This document shows positions 34,555-47,870 of a stretch of 64,000 bases of DNA, piece by piece. The stretch comes from Mustelus asterias. Its lineage: Eukaryota. The notes under the pieces were generated by a model. The model was given only the letters and a program-made list of their open reading frames with translations. It was not told where the DNA came from and did not search any database. The DNA lies in contig NC_135804.1 of NCBI RefSeq assembly GCF_964213995.1, forward strand, positions 89,280,001-89,344,000, in the 5' to 3' direction. The position numbers and the translations under genes were made by a program. Within the stretch, counting starts at the first letter, position 1. Each line of letters starts with the position of its first letter.

Positions 34555-35310
34555 ACCAGGCTGACTTTCCCAGTATGGATTCTGTGGGGCAATCAGGAAT
34601 CCACTTGATCCCATCAGGCTGACCCTTGCACATTTTTGACACTTGGGCCACAAATACATTTCATTGCTAGGTTATCCACTTCATTCCAGCAGTAATGGGC
34701 AGCACACCTGAAAGGCATGATTCCTGGTGAGCTTAAATCCATTTAGGGTGAATTAAAACCAGATGTAATTCTGCTCAGAGAGCGACATCTGCACTCCCAG
34801 ATATCTCAGGCAGCCGGAGCTGGATTCTTTGACCCAGGAGTGGATCAAGTAAGGGCATTTAGGTCCTCTTTACCTCAGACGACTGTAAGATTCGCATACC
34901 AATGCTGCAGAAGGCCTAGAAGGACTTGGCAAACAAGTTTAGTGTCTGGCTATTATTTAGACCTCTTCTCATTCAGACGGCATGGCAACCTGATGCTGCA
35001 TTATGCTGCCAATCATCTGCTACTCCCTAGCCATCACATACCATGCCAACCAACCCTATCCCTCTCCAGGTTTTCTAGATTCATCTGAAGGCCTGGAGCC
35101 TGCAGAGCAATACGCATAGGAAGAAGCATTGGCATTCTTTCATTCATTCCTCTCAAGCACCAAGACAGAAATTGGCACTCTGTTGGGATAAATAAAAAGT
35201 TACACAGTTCTGCACAAACACACCACAGAAGGAAGGAACTAATAGAGCAAACAGTCCAGGAGACAGCTCAGATCCTGGCTTCGATGAAGAAGAAACACTG
35301 AAGAAGAAAG
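34555..35310 (+). pseudogene. Possible highly degenerate Harbinger transposase catalytic-domain remnant
   Basis: Ordered remnants ADFP / GAI / PERHDS / WLL / IGRSIGIL / VLH plus an acidic tail, in mixed frames. Confidence 0.4.
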
Positions 35311-35802
35311 AAATGGCCAAGTTGAGAAAACTATTCTGCACAAGAGGAGCTGCAGTGGTTGTTGGACAGTTGACAATTCATGTCTGAGAATATGGAAGAG
35401 TCTACTTCCAGCTGGCATTGCATTCTGGCCCAAGACATTAGCAACCTGCAATGTACCATGGAGTGTGTGACTATCCCTATGGGTGCTGTGGCTAGGCCCT
35501 CATACTAAATTTCTGCATCGCCAGCTCTTGCAGTATTGATTATATTTCAAATTGCTGCCATTCAAGGTATTGAGTTTCCCTCAATTTGAAATGGTGTGCG
35601 AACCATAGACTTCTAGCAGTGAAACATCAGTCCAAACATTTTAACACCAGGATCTCAGCAGTAACTCAATTAACAGAAATCATCCCATTCCAGGACTATC
35701 GACCCATGATTTTAGTTTTTGATATCTATGGGCTTGGTCTACAACTGCTCCAGCCATAGCTATATCTTTGAATATCATCAGTACAGACAATTTATATTTT
35801 AT

Positions 35803-37012
35803 TATTCATTCAAGGGATGTGGGCTTCACTGCCCTTCAAAAGGTGGTGGTAAGCTGCCTTCTTGATCCGCTGCAGTCCATGTGGGGTATGTAGACCCACA
35901 GTGCTGTGGTGGGGTTAGGATTTTGACCCAGTGACAGAAAGGAACGGTAATATAGCTCCAAGTCAGGATGGGGCGCGGATGGTGGTGTTCCCATATATCT
36001 GCTGCCTTTCTCCTTCTAGATTGAAGTGGTCGTGGACTGTCTAAGAAGCATTGGTGAGCTCCTGTGGTGCATTTTGTAAATGGTACACACTGCTGTTACA
36101 ATGCATCGGTGGTGGAAGAAGTGAATGTTTTTTGTGGATGAGATGCCAATCAAGCGGGTTGTTTTGTCCTGGATGGTGTCAAGCTTCCTGAGTGCTGTTG
36201 GAGCTGCACTCATCCAGGCAAGTTGAGAATATTCCATCACACTCCTGACTTGTGCCTTGTATATGTGGACAGGCTTTGGGGAAATCAGGAGGTGAGTTAT
36301 GCACCGCAAGACTCTTAGCTTCGGACCTGCTCTTGTAGCCATTGTATTTCTGTGGCTAGTCCAATTCAGTTTCTGGTCAATGGTAACTCTGATAGTGAGG
36401 AATTCTGTGATGGTAATAACATTGAATGTCAAGGGATGAGGGTTAGATTCTCTTTTGTTGGTCGTGACCATTGCCTGGCACTTGTGTGGTGCAAATGTTA
36501 CTTGAAACTGGTCAGCCCAAGCCTGGATATTCTCCAGGTCTTGTTGCATTTGGACACAGGTCTACTTCAGTCTTGAATGGTGCTGAACATTGCAGCAAAC
36601 ATCCCGACTTCTGACCTTATGATGGAAGGGAGGTCATTGATGAAGCAGCTGAAGATGGTTGGGCCTAGGACACTACCCTCTGCAGTGATGTCCTGAAGTT
36701 GTGATAACTAAGCTCCAACAACCACTACCACCTTCCATTGTGCTCAGTATGACTCCAACCGGTGGATAGTTTTCCCCGAGTTTTGATAGGACTCCTTGAT
36801 GCCATACTCGGTCAAATGCAGCCTTGATGTCAAGAGTAGTCACTCTCACCTGACTTCTGGCGTTCAACTCTTTTATCTATGTTTGAACCAAGGCTGTAAT
36901 GAGGTCAAATGCTGAGTGGCCCTGGTGGAACCCAAACTGAGCATCAGTGAGCAGGTTATTGCTAAGCAAGTGCCGCTTGATAGCACTGTTGATGACCCCT
37001 TCCATCACTTTA
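35803..37012 (-). mobile_element. CR1/L2-group LINE family B RT/3' fragment
   Basis: LDIKAAFDRVWHQG, YKAQVRSVMEYSQLAWM. Confidence 0.85.
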
Positions 37013-37317
37013 CAGTCAGTCTGCTAGTCTTTACTGTTAGAGAGTTATTACAAGAACTACCACGAAAGGCATCAAGACAACTATCTTAAGAGCTCTTAAC
37101 AATTTGCAGTCATATATCTCAGGCACATTCTCTTCCCTTCACCATTACACACACACTTCCACTTCCTGAATTCACAAGTCATATTTTGTTTTCTGAAAGT
37201 GGTAGTTAATACTAAAATTAATGCCCGAAGAATGATATTAAAGAAAGGGCAGGGACTGCCTAACAGTGAATTTGGAACCAGTTTAAATACTTCACGTAAT
37301 TTCCATAACTTCCCCTG

Positions 37318-37593
37318 AGTGGTTAGCACTGCTGCCTCACAACGCCGAGGGGCCCGGGTTCGATTCTCGGCTTGGGTGCGGGGTCTGCGCATTCTCCCCG
37401 TGTCTGCATGGGTTTCCTCCAGGTGCTCCCGTTTCCTCCCACAGTCCGAAGGACGTACTGGTTTAGTGCATTAGCCATGCTAAATTCTCCCTCAGTGTAC
37501 CCGAACAGCCGTTAGAGAGTGGCGACAAGGGGATTTTCACAGTAACTTCATTGCAGTGTTAATGTAAGCCTACTTGTGACACTAATAAATAAA
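37318..37593 (+). mobile_element. V-SINE, same subfamily as 13947
   Basis: Same head, core and tail. Confidence 0.9.
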
Positions 37594-38787
37594 CTTTAAA
37601 AACTTTGATAGTGGATCTCTGCAATTCTGATGACAGAACTCCAGCTATGAACAACAGAATGGAAAATTTCAAGCTTTGAACTGATAAAATAGGTCATGAT
37701 CAGAATTGCTTTTGGTTCCCCATTACCACTGGAAATCCAGTTCAACCATTTTAATATTACAATATTTCTTTGTTTTTAGGAAGCCACTTGTACTGTAGAT
37801 TTAGTATCATTGCCTTTTGTGTTTAAGTTTTAAATCTTTTGTCCTATACTTATTAACAGATTTGATGAGTCTAATTCATATCTATGTGGATGATGAAGAA
37901 CTGTATTGATTTTGAACTTGAACCAAGATCCTCTCAGTCATGTGAAAAACTTGTTAAGCGAGTTACTATCTATTCAATTTTTAAAAAATTATTTTGCAGA
38001 CATCCACAGGTAAAATTAGTGAATTACCCAGGACATGAACAAATTAATCAGGCTCAGCCAAGCATAGAAACAATGCTCCTATGAGATCCCGCATCACTGC
38101 AGACTGACCTCATTTCCACAGTACACTCAATACAAGGACAAACTCATTATAAATTACACTTCATAGGAGGTTTGCATTTTATCAGAAGCCCTTCATTCCA
38201 GCTTTGAGATTCACTGCTTAAACATGAAGCAATAAAATTCAGCCTCACTGTTGTTTTCTCATAGCTGCTGCAATGGCTGTCGAGGGGTTTAATCTCTTTT
38301 AGGCTAAGGCCTGGAAATCTGTCTGTAGTTTGCCTTTCTATCGCAGGTCAGAAGTTCTTCATCCACCATATTGGTAAATATATCCAGGGCCCGCACCTGA
38401 AGCAGGTGTGATACCCTCTTCATATGCAAATGTAGGCCTCACGCCTCGCTGCTTGAGGTTCCATGCTTAAAACTAAGTTGCCTGATAGCAGTTGGCATCA
38501 TACTCACTGTATTCAAGAAAACCAGTCCTACCTTTTGCCCAAATAGGAGTGTTTAAAGGGGCAATTGCAAACAAAGTGCTCAAAAGAATCTGCCTGAAAA
38601 TGGAATCAAGAGGTGCAGGTGTACTCCTCCAAGCTCATCCCTAATATCCCAAGTTGTAGCCCGTTATTCCTCACTGACTCCTTCCCATTCCATCCTCAAT
38701 GGCCTGCACCGACAGGCGGAGTTAGGCATTATGTGAATAATGCATATAATAATCCTCAGCTGCATGAAAACCCTCTCGTGAAACTAG

Positions 38788-39877
38788 GGCTGCGATTCTC
38801 CCAAAAGTGCTGAATTGGTGGGAAAACTGTTCTAGATCCCGACTGTTTTGTCAGTTCAGCTTCTCATCTGAATCTGCCCACTCTGTGCACTGCAGAGTTC
38901 ACAATCGTGAATCTCATTTAAAATCCAGGCGGGGGGGGCCTATTCGTGCCGGAGTCTGACAGTTCTGGAACTCTGCACATGCGCAGTGATCCCCATCTGT
39001 CAGTCTCCCCATTTGCTGGCCAGCTCGATCACTGGCCTGCCCTGCCCACCGCAGTTCTGCCCCTCCAGCCCCCCACCCCTTAGCCCAATCGCAGCCCCCA
39101 CAGCAATTCCTGGCCCAGCCCTGAACCGCCCCCACCGTCCCGGAGCGCCCCGATGCACAGCCCACCCCGCCTCCAGTGGTGATCCCCCCACCCTCCTCAC
39201 CCTGGCAGACCCCCCCCCCCGCTGACCCCCCCCGGGTCAGACCCCCCAAGAGGCACGCCCCCCCCCCCCAATTGCTGCCCTCCCTCCGTCCCAGACAGAT
39301 CCTGTCTGCAAAGTGGCAGTGGAAACCCCCACGCCCACCAATTTCCCCAGTCTCTGCCCACAATAGACTCTGCCCCCTTGGCACTGCCCAATGTCTGGTG
39401 GGCAGTGCCAAGGTTCCCCTTAGGCATGGGCACTTTGCTCCTTGGACAGTGCCGGGGGGCACAGGCTGGCATTGCCAGGGTGCCCATGCCCAGGGGTCAC
39501 CACCCCCACCGCCCGACCCCTTGGGGGGGCCCCCTTTCATTCCAGCGGGGTGTCCCGCTACTTCCCCGAATGTGGGGAGCTAGTCTGAACCCTGCCAGAA
39601 TGAAGTACTCTTGGCAGGGTGGAAGATTCGATTGGGACCTGAAAGTTCCCAACAATTAACTGATAAACATATTTAAAATACAGTTTAAAAAGATTCAAAT
39701 TACTTACCTGCCTTCCTGCCAGTCTCCAGTCTGGTCTGACCGGCTACTGTTCACCAGCTCTGGGAGATGTGCATGCATTCCCGGCACATGCGTAAATCCC
39801 GGTTCAAGGCCGGCGACGCGCATCTTCCACCGCTACCCGCCAGAAAAGTTGCGGGTGGCAATGGGAAAACCGCGGCC
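38788..39877 (+). mobile_element. GC-rich ~1.1-kb Harbinger-type MITE, TAG TSD
   Basis: GGCTGCGATTCTCCC...GGGAAAACCGCGGCC flanked by TAG/TAG; homologous to 46774-47870. Confidence 0.75.
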
Positions 39878-41130
39878 TAGGTTTCTCTAACCTCCAGAGA
39901 AAACATTTTGTTGTCGAAACCACATGTTATCAAGTTGTATATTACTTGCTTTACAATGGAAATAAACAATTCTGACTCAAATAAGTGTTAATAATCTTTT
40001 TATAAGGACTCTGCTTCACTTCAGAAAGGGCTTCAATGTAACGCCAGAGACGAATAGAAGAAAAACTGAAAGTAAAGGCTCCGTAACTATATCGGTGAAG
40101 CATTTGCAAACACATAGATGAATTAATAGCACATATAGAAATTAATGGATTTAGTTTACAGCGATTACACATATTCATATTTAGTTGCAAAATGACCAAG
40201 TTTAGGAACTAGCCTTGGTAATAAAGAGGTGGGATAAAAGCAGTAGGTAAAACAGTGGGTGAAGCTAAGAAACAACAAGAGGCAATAAAACGCTGGTGGG
40301 AGGTTTTATAGCCCCCCCCCCCCCCCCCCCCGACCAGCCCTCGTGTAGAAGAGTGTGTACATTGGTACAAACCCAGTTGGTGTAAATACTAACAGGAAGA
40401 TCCCAGAATGGAACTCTGGCTCCATTCGTGACATTTAGTATGTTTTTAGATAATGTAGATGAACAGCATCACAGGACTGCCGGTTACCTTTTAACAACAA
40501 AATGAATTAAAACTTTGACTATAATAATTATCTTCATAAATGCACACAGATTTCAAGGATAGCATAGGTTACACAATGCATCTTATGTTATAACGTTCTT
40601 GATAAACACGCAGTCCATGTAATCCAACAGGCTAACTGTAGTCAGACAACACTCCTACTCTGGAACCCAACAGATCTTCTGTGGATATCTCCTCAACTCA
40701 CACCAGATGATTATTACATCGTGACCCAACCAATCTCCCTGGACTCCAGCTTCCACATGAGTGTTTCCAAACTCCACTCTCGAACAGATATGCCTTAGAA
40801 TATTCTTTCAAACAATGCTTTCCCTCAGCTGCTCCCAGCAATGATCCACTTCCAGGTTTTCCAACTCTTCTTTCAGTGTTCCTTTGTCTTACATTGTCAT
40901 GTGCAGCTTCCACACAATCTCTCAGATTCAGCTACCAATGGCTTTGCAATTACTTCAAAGACTGTAGTAAAATATCACAAACCTTTGGATCACATCAGAT
41001 ATTTCTGGCTTCTTTCCAGCCAACTTTACCAGGTCTCACTCCTTTCAGCTCTGTCTTAACTTTAATGAACAATTCCAGTTTCTGTTTGTTCTTTTGACTT
41101 CAAAACTTCCGGAATGCATCTTTCATGCAT

Positions 41131-41444
41131 TGAGGGCACAGCCTCAAAATAAGGGGGGGCCGGTTCAGAACAGAGTTGAGGGGGAACTTCTTCTCTCAGA
41201 GGGTAGTGAATCTCTGGAATTCTCTGCCCATTGAAGTGGTGGAGGCTTCCTCGTTGAATATGTCAAAATCACGGGTAGATAGTTTTCTGATCGATAAGGG
41301 AATTAGGGGATATGGGGAGCAGGCGGGTAAGTGGAACTGATTCGCTTCAGATTAGCCATGATCTTGTTGAATGGCGGGGCAGGCTCGAAGGGCCAGATGG
41401 CCTACTCCTGCTCCTATTTCTTATGTTCTTATGTTCTTATGTTC
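41131..41444 (+). mobile_element. Short young CR1 3' end
   Basis: Near identical to the 3' end of 56907-58060; (ttatgttc)n tail. Confidence 0.9.
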
Positions 41445-42839
41445 ATTCCCTGGTTTCCAGAACTAACTGCTCTTCAGTTTTCTCTGAGATTTGCCTTTCT
41501 TCCCATTACTCCATTGTTTTACTTCTGCCTCTGGCAGAGCTGAGAGCGATGTTGTCTCTCCAGTTGCTAAGCTCTTGCTGCTGTAGGTTCGATTAAAAAC
41601 AACTCAAAAGGTCTTCTCCCTGACTGTGACCCCTGGTTGCTGAGCAACATCTCATTCTTTCTTCAAGTTCTTCTTTACTTTAGACATCATAAACTTTCTC
41701 TCAGCACAATAGAAACACAGTCTGAACTGAAACCAAAAAATTCCATACATGCAAACACCTTGGTCTAACATGAATCTAACTGGAGTTTTAACTTTTGTTA
41801 CACATAAACATTAAATTATACTCACTTAAATCTATACCTTATTTCTATTATTTAACAATACAAATATAGATCACTTAAAATTACCTCTGCTTACTGAAAA
41901 CATCAGGAAGTTAGGGATGAATTTACCAAGGATGAGGCAGTAATCATGAGGGACTTTAATCTGGGCAAACCAGAATTGCCTTAATTGTATGGAGAATAAG
42001 TTCATGGGATATTTACAAGGTAAGTATCTATGTTAGTATGCCAAGGAACCAAATAGCAAATTGTTCATTTAGATCTTGTATTGTTCAATGAGAAAGGGTG
42101 AATTAATAACCCTATAGTAAATGAGCCTTTGGGGAATAATGATCATATGTTAGCATTCATTTTGAGAGTGATTTAGTTAGGTCCAAAATTAAACTCTTAA
42201 TCTAAACAAAGCAAACCTGAAAGGTATGAGGAGAAAGTTGACTAAAATAGATTGGAACACTCAATTGAAAGATACGGCAGTAGATAAACAAAGCAACAAA
42301 TTAAATAACTAACACATAATTTGCAACAAATATACATTCCCTTAAAGAATAAATTCCCCACAGGACAAGGGATTCAAATGTAGCGCAAAGGACAGGTTAT
42401 TACCAGATTAAAAGAGAAGACTTGTAATGTTGTTAAAAAGAGTTGTAAACTGGGTAACTGGGAGAATTTTACGTGAAGAGAATATGAAAGTTAGCTAGAG
42501 GTGTAAAACAGACTGTAAATGTTACAATAGGTAAGTGAAAAGGAAAGAGTTAGCAAAAGTAAGTGTGGGTTTCTCAGAGGAAGTGACAGAAGAAATTATA
42601 GTAAGGGAATTGCAGTCACTAAATGATACATTTCATTTCTAGATGGTAGAGAACACAAAGAAAATCTGGAAATAATGTGGAACGGATGGTCTAGTGAGAA
42701 TGAATAACTTAACAAAATTGGTATTAATATTAGTAATAAAATAGTACAAGATAAATTGATGGGAGCAAAGGTCAACAGGTCCCCTGGACATGCTTGTCCA
42801 TATCTATGATTCTGAAAGAGGCAGCTACCAAAAGATAAT

Positions 42840-43913
42840 GGGGGCAATTCTCCCATCCTGCTGCGCTGCGTTTTTAGCGCAGATGGCTGGGAGACTCAGA
42901 GGCCATTTTGTGGGCTCCCCACTGGGCGCCATGCCTTCCACGAGTCTCCGGCAGCCAGATTTCTGGCACCATCAGCTCCGTGCCAGAAATCGGCGCGGAG
43001 CTGAATAAATTGTGGAAATTAGAATTTTAATATATTTTAAATATCATTAGTGGGCCCGGGGCTGAAATCTCTAAGCCCGCAAGCCTCTCCTCCCACCACC
43101 AGGACTATTTCACTCCAGCAAGATTTAGTACAGCTCTCCACTTGCGGGGAGCTTGCGGCTTGACCCCACTGAAGTGAAGAGGGGGCAATCTAGGCCCCAC
43201 AGAGGGTCGGGTACCGGGGAGGTGCCCCCTGTGAATTGCCCCCTTGGCAGTGCCAGCCTGGGGCCCCTGGCACTGCCCAAGGGGCAAAGTGCCAATGCCC
43301 AGGGCATCTTGGGAATGCCCATCGGGCATGGGCAGTGCCAAGGAGATGGGGCCTAATAAGGATGGGGCCTGATGGGGGAAAGACCTCTGGCAGCGATCTT
43401 TTGAGGGTGGGGGTGGGGGGGTTCCCTCTGCCACTGCATTTGGGCTGAATAACAGAGGGTGGGAGGCCTGACCAGATGGTGGGGGGAGGTGGGGGGTTCG
43501 GGGCTGGGGGTGAGGGGAGGCAGAGATTGAGGCAGGTGGAGGGTGTTGGGTCCAGGCAGGCCCATGCATGGTTGGATGGGGCAACAATCTGGCCGTGGTG
43601 GGGTCGCACTGCCGGCAATGAGGGGTTGCGGGGCTGGCCAGCAATCGGAAGGCCGGCAGTGCAGGCTATTGTTCATGCACTAATCTCGGCACTGACAGAT
43701 CGGTGCAGTGGCCCACTCAGTACTATGCTGCTGATCTCTCCAGCAGGAATAGGCCTCGCCCCTGGATTTTCAACTGGATTTACACTGGTGCACTCTGCAG
43801 TGCACAGAGTGTGGGAAATTCATTTTGAAAATCCCACTGAAAAAAACCAGTGGGATTCACTCCGGTTTCACGCAAATTCGACACTTAGAATTTATTTGGG
43901 GTAATTCCCCCCC
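42840..43913 (-). mobile_element. GC-rich ~1.1-kb Harbinger-type MITE (related family, opposite orientation)
   Basis: GGGGCAATTCTCCC...GGGGTAATTCCCCCC; interrupts the old CR1. Confidence 0.7.
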
Positions 43914-44037
43914 AGTGATTGCATCGGTTTTGATCTTCCAGGATTCCTTAGATCTTAGAACAGTTCCCATGGATTGGAAGGTGGAAATTGAAATCCAACT
44001 ATTCAATTAAGGATGGAAGGCGAAAACAAGAAATAAT

Positions 44038-44163
44038 GGGCATGATTTTCCGGCCACGCTCACCCCAAGGCTGGAAAACCCACCCAAGGTCAAGGGACCT
44101 TTGCATGGTCTGTGTCCTGCCTGCTATGATTCCCTTGGCAGGTGGGATGGGAAAATTCCATCC
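44038..44163. mobile_element. Short MITE, AAT TSD
   Basis: GGGCATGATTTTCC...GGAAAATTCCATCC flanked by AAT/AAT; relatives at about 14385-14500 and 31543-31650. Confidence 0.7.
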
Positions 44164-44528
44164 AATATTTCAGTTACATTTGCAGGGAAAATTAAAAAAT
44201 CTATTGTTAGGGACTGGGAAAAACATAACACAATTAGACAGAGTTACAGACGTACAAAGGGGCAATCATGCTTCTGTTAAGCTTTTTTAATGTTATATCA
44301 AATAGGGTACACAGGGGAAGGCATTGAGATTTTCAAAAGGCATTCATTAAGGTATAACACTCAAAGTATCACACAAAATTAGGATTCCTAGGACTAGGAT
44401 AATAAATGATCATGAATTGACAGCAAGCAGAGAGCAGGAATAGATGGGTCATTTTCAAGTTGCCAGGTTGTAACCAGTGAAATAGTACAAGGATAGATGC
44501 ATGAGCCTCAGCTATTTATAATCTATTT

Positions 44529-44718
44529 GGGCCGGGATTTTCCGGTCTTCTATGGTGGGTTTTCCTGTGGCAAATGCAGAAAAGCCATCGGCTGCCAGCA
44601 GGATCTTCCAGGCCCACCAGAGTCAAGGGCTTTTGCCTTTTGCAGGACCCCACCATAGGGGTAAACTTTGGTGGGACTAGAAGATCCCATCGGCAGAAAG
44701 GGTGGGAAAATTCTGCCC
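44529..44718. mobile_element. Short MITE
   Basis: GGGCCGGGATTTTCC...GGAAAATTCTGCCC; relative at 22240-23160, split by a CR1. Confidence 0.7.
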
Positions 44719-45029
44719 TTAAATGAAGGGACTGGCGTAATGTATCCAGGTTTACTGGTGATACAAAGTTAGATTGGGAAAAAGCTATTGGGTGCAAAGC
44801 AGGTACAAAGGGAAACAGACATGTTCAATAAGTGGACAAGAACATGGCAAATGCAAGGACTTGTAAAGTTTCACACCTTGGAAGGTAAAATAGAAGAGCA
44901 GTATCATTGTTAAATGGTGAAAAATTGGGAAATATTGCTGCTCAGTGGGAATTTGGTGTCCTTGTGCACAAACCAGAAAGCTACAGGAACAATTGGGAAA
45001 ATAAATGGCATGTTAGCAGGTCCTCAGGT

Positions 45030-45200
45030 AAGCTTGCAGACTCAGAGCCGGCAGGAATGTCTACCAGTGGTTGTGAAGGAGACAGTGGCCATGAACCTTT
45101 TCAGGTCGGCTCCTTCCAGACTGTAGCAGTAGAACATTTCCAAAATCTCTCACTTCACCATTCACTGCAGTTTAAGGGAGGTGACTGCCGCTGTCCTTGA
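45030..45200 (+). pseudogene. PIF/Harbinger (HARBI1-like) transposase N-terminal remnant
   Basis: Across frameshifts reads LPVVVKETVAMNLF / GSFQ / ISHFTIHCSLREVTAA, matching the LPVxVKVTxALNFFASGSFQ...ISQ...H.CI..VT.AL pattern. Confidence 0.6.
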
Positions 45201-45467
45201 ATGTCATTTCTGTAATCATGCCTGCTCCCCCACCAGTTTTGTGTTGCTAATGATTTGCTCCACTTTGTCCAGCAAGAAAGAAGAAAGTGCGCCAATGAGT
45301 GTGACATACTGTGTTTGGGTGTTAGTAAAATAGTTAACATTTTGAAATGAGCATCTTGGTGCAGGAGATAAATGGGGAGAAGTCCTCTGTCTAGAGGGAC
45401 AGGAGGTCCTCCAGACAGACACTGACAAGGCAGTGGGAGTATGGGCTACTTTATCTTGAGTAACTGT

Positions 45468-45771
45468 TCATAGAATCATAGAATCCCTACAGGCAGAAGG
45501 AGGCTATTCGGCCCATTGAGTCTGCAACAACCACAATCCCATCCAGGCCCTATTCCCGTAACCCCACATATTTACCGTTACTCCCCTGACTACTAGGGTC
45601 AATTTAGCGTGGCCAATCAACCTAACCCACACATCTTTGGACTGTGGAAGGAAACTGGCGCACCACGCAGACACAGGGAGAACGTGCAAACTCCACACAG
45701 ACAGTGACCCGAGCAGGAATTGAACCCAGGTCCTTGGCGCTATGAGGCAGCAGTGCTAACCACTTTGCCAC
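45468..45771 (-). mobile_element. V-SINE with CR1-type tail (HE1-like)
   Basis: Same head and core but ends gggccgaatagcctccttctg...gattctatgattctatga. Confidence 0.9.
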
Positions 45772-46773
45772 AGTTGTCTGACTTGACTTGGTTGCTTCAA
45801 ACTAGTTTATTAACATTATGTACAAGATAGATTACAGAATGGATATACCTCCCTTCATCATGATACATACTTTTCCTTTAAGAGAAATCCAGGCTTTTGT
45901 TAATTAATGCAGGCTAGCTTAAAATGGTGCTAGCCTTGTATGAACCTGTGTGCCTGAGCAAGGTGTGAAGCCACTCCGCAACACATTTAACGTTGGGCCG
46001 CATCACAGTGAATGGGCATGGACAGGCAGGGAAGGCATGGGCATAATGAGGCACATGGGAGGATTGGAAGGGTAAATTGCATCTATTTCAATGCAAGGAG
46101 CCTGTCTGGCAAGGCAGATGAACATAGAGCATTAATCAACGCGTGGAAATATAATATTGTTGCAATCACTGAGACATGTTTGAAAGAAGCACAGGGCTCA
46201 GCGTTCCAGGGTACAGAAATTTCAGGCATGAAGGGGGGATAGAAGAGAGGAGGGGGAATTCCATCATTGATAACAGAGACCATCACTGCAGAATGAGGGA
46301 GGATGTCTCAGAAACCTCTTCAATTGAAGCCAAATGGGTAGAGCTTAGAAATAATAAGGGATGATCACTTTGCTGGGATTGTACCAAGGTCTCCCAACAG
46401 TCAGAGGGAGATAGAGGAGCAAATGTGTCGGCAAGTCACTGAGACATGAGAGGAATAGGGTTATAGTAGTAGGGGATTTCAACTTTGCCAATATTAACTA
46501 GAATCGCTTTAGTGTGGAAGGATTAGATGGGGTGGAATTTTTAAAGTGCATCTAGGAGAGCTTTTTGTGCTGGTACATGGATAGTCCGACCATGGATGGG
46601 ACAGTGTTAAACCTAGTCCGAGGGAATGAAGCGGCAAGTGATCGAAGTGTCAGTAAGGGAGCATTTTGGGGATTTTCCAGCTGCACTCACCCCAAGGCAG
46701 GAAAATCCCACTGCATAACTCTGTAAGTTTCAAAGTCATTATGGAAAGGGATAAGGATAGTCCAGAAATCAAG

Positions 46774-47870
46774 GGGGCAATTCTCCCAAAAGTGCTGAAT
46801 TGGTGGGAAAACTGTTCTAGATCACAACAGTTTTTTCAAGGCAACTTCACATTCGAATCTCCCCACTCTGTGCAATGCAGAGGTCACAATCATGAATATC
46901 ATTATAAAACCCGGGAGGCGAGGACTATTCGCGCCGGAGTCTGACAGCTCCAGAACTCTGTGCATGCGCAGTGGTCCCGACCTGGCAGTCTCCCTGTTTG
47001 CTTACCAGCTCAATCGCTGGCCAGCCCGGGACCCCCACAGTGCTGCCCCCACAGCCCGATTGCGACCCCTACGACAATTCCCGGGCCAGCCCTGACAACG
47101 CCCGCTCCGGAGCATCCTGATGTCCAGCCCACCTCCCCCCCACCACCCCAGCAGTGGCGATTCCCCCTACACCCCTCACCCCAGCAAACCCCACCTACTG
47201 ACTCCCTCTGGGTCAGACCCCCTGGGAGGCACCCCCGGCAGACTACCACCCACCCCCAGCCCGCCCCAATCGCTGCCCTCCCTCTAGCCCAGATTGATCC
47301 CCATGCAGCGGGACTCCCCCCCCCGCCACCCCATCAATCGCCCCCAGACCCCGCCCACAATGGGCCCTGCCCTTTTGGCACCGCCTGATGCCCAGTGGGC
47401 TGTGCCAAAGTGCCCCCTATGCATGGGCACTTTGCCCCTTGGGCAGTGCTAGAGGGCACAGGCTGGCACTGCCAGGGTGCTAATGCCCGGGGGGACCACC
47501 CCCCGTCACTCGACCCCCTTGGGGGGGGGCCCCGATTCCTCCCCCTCCTTCACTCTGGCGGGGTCTCCTGCTCGTTCCCCAAACGTGGGGAGCTACTCTA
47601 AACCCCGCCAGAATGAAGTACTCCTGGCGGGGTATTTCAGGTATTTTAATCACATCTAAAATACATTTAAAATATATGTTAAACATATTCAAATGGCTTA
47701 CCTCACATCCCGCCAGATTTCTGCGCATTCCCGGTGGCGCCATTTTCTTCCGGTTGGGAGATGCGCACGGGTCATAAAAGCTCGCGGGGAACTCGCGAAA
47801 TGGCCGACATGTGCATCTCCCGACCGACCTACCAGAAAAGTTGCGGGTCGCAATGGGAGAATCGGGCCCC
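46774..47870 (+). mobile_element. GC-rich ~1.1-kb Harbinger-type MITE
   Basis: GGGGCAATTCTCCC...GGGAGAATCGGGCCCC; interrupts the CR1; homologous to 38788-39877. Confidence 0.75.

Larger units (their letters stand above)
40060..45020 (+). mobile_element. Highly degenerate old CR1 LINE interrupted by several insertions
   Basis: Remnant APE and RT motifs at about 40080-40280, 41930-42840, 43914-44520 and 44720-45020. Confidence 0.6.

Noticed and set aside
40427-41900. Possible solo LTR or other insertion splitting the old CR1
   Set aside because: Could not establish termini, TSD or family from the sequence alone.
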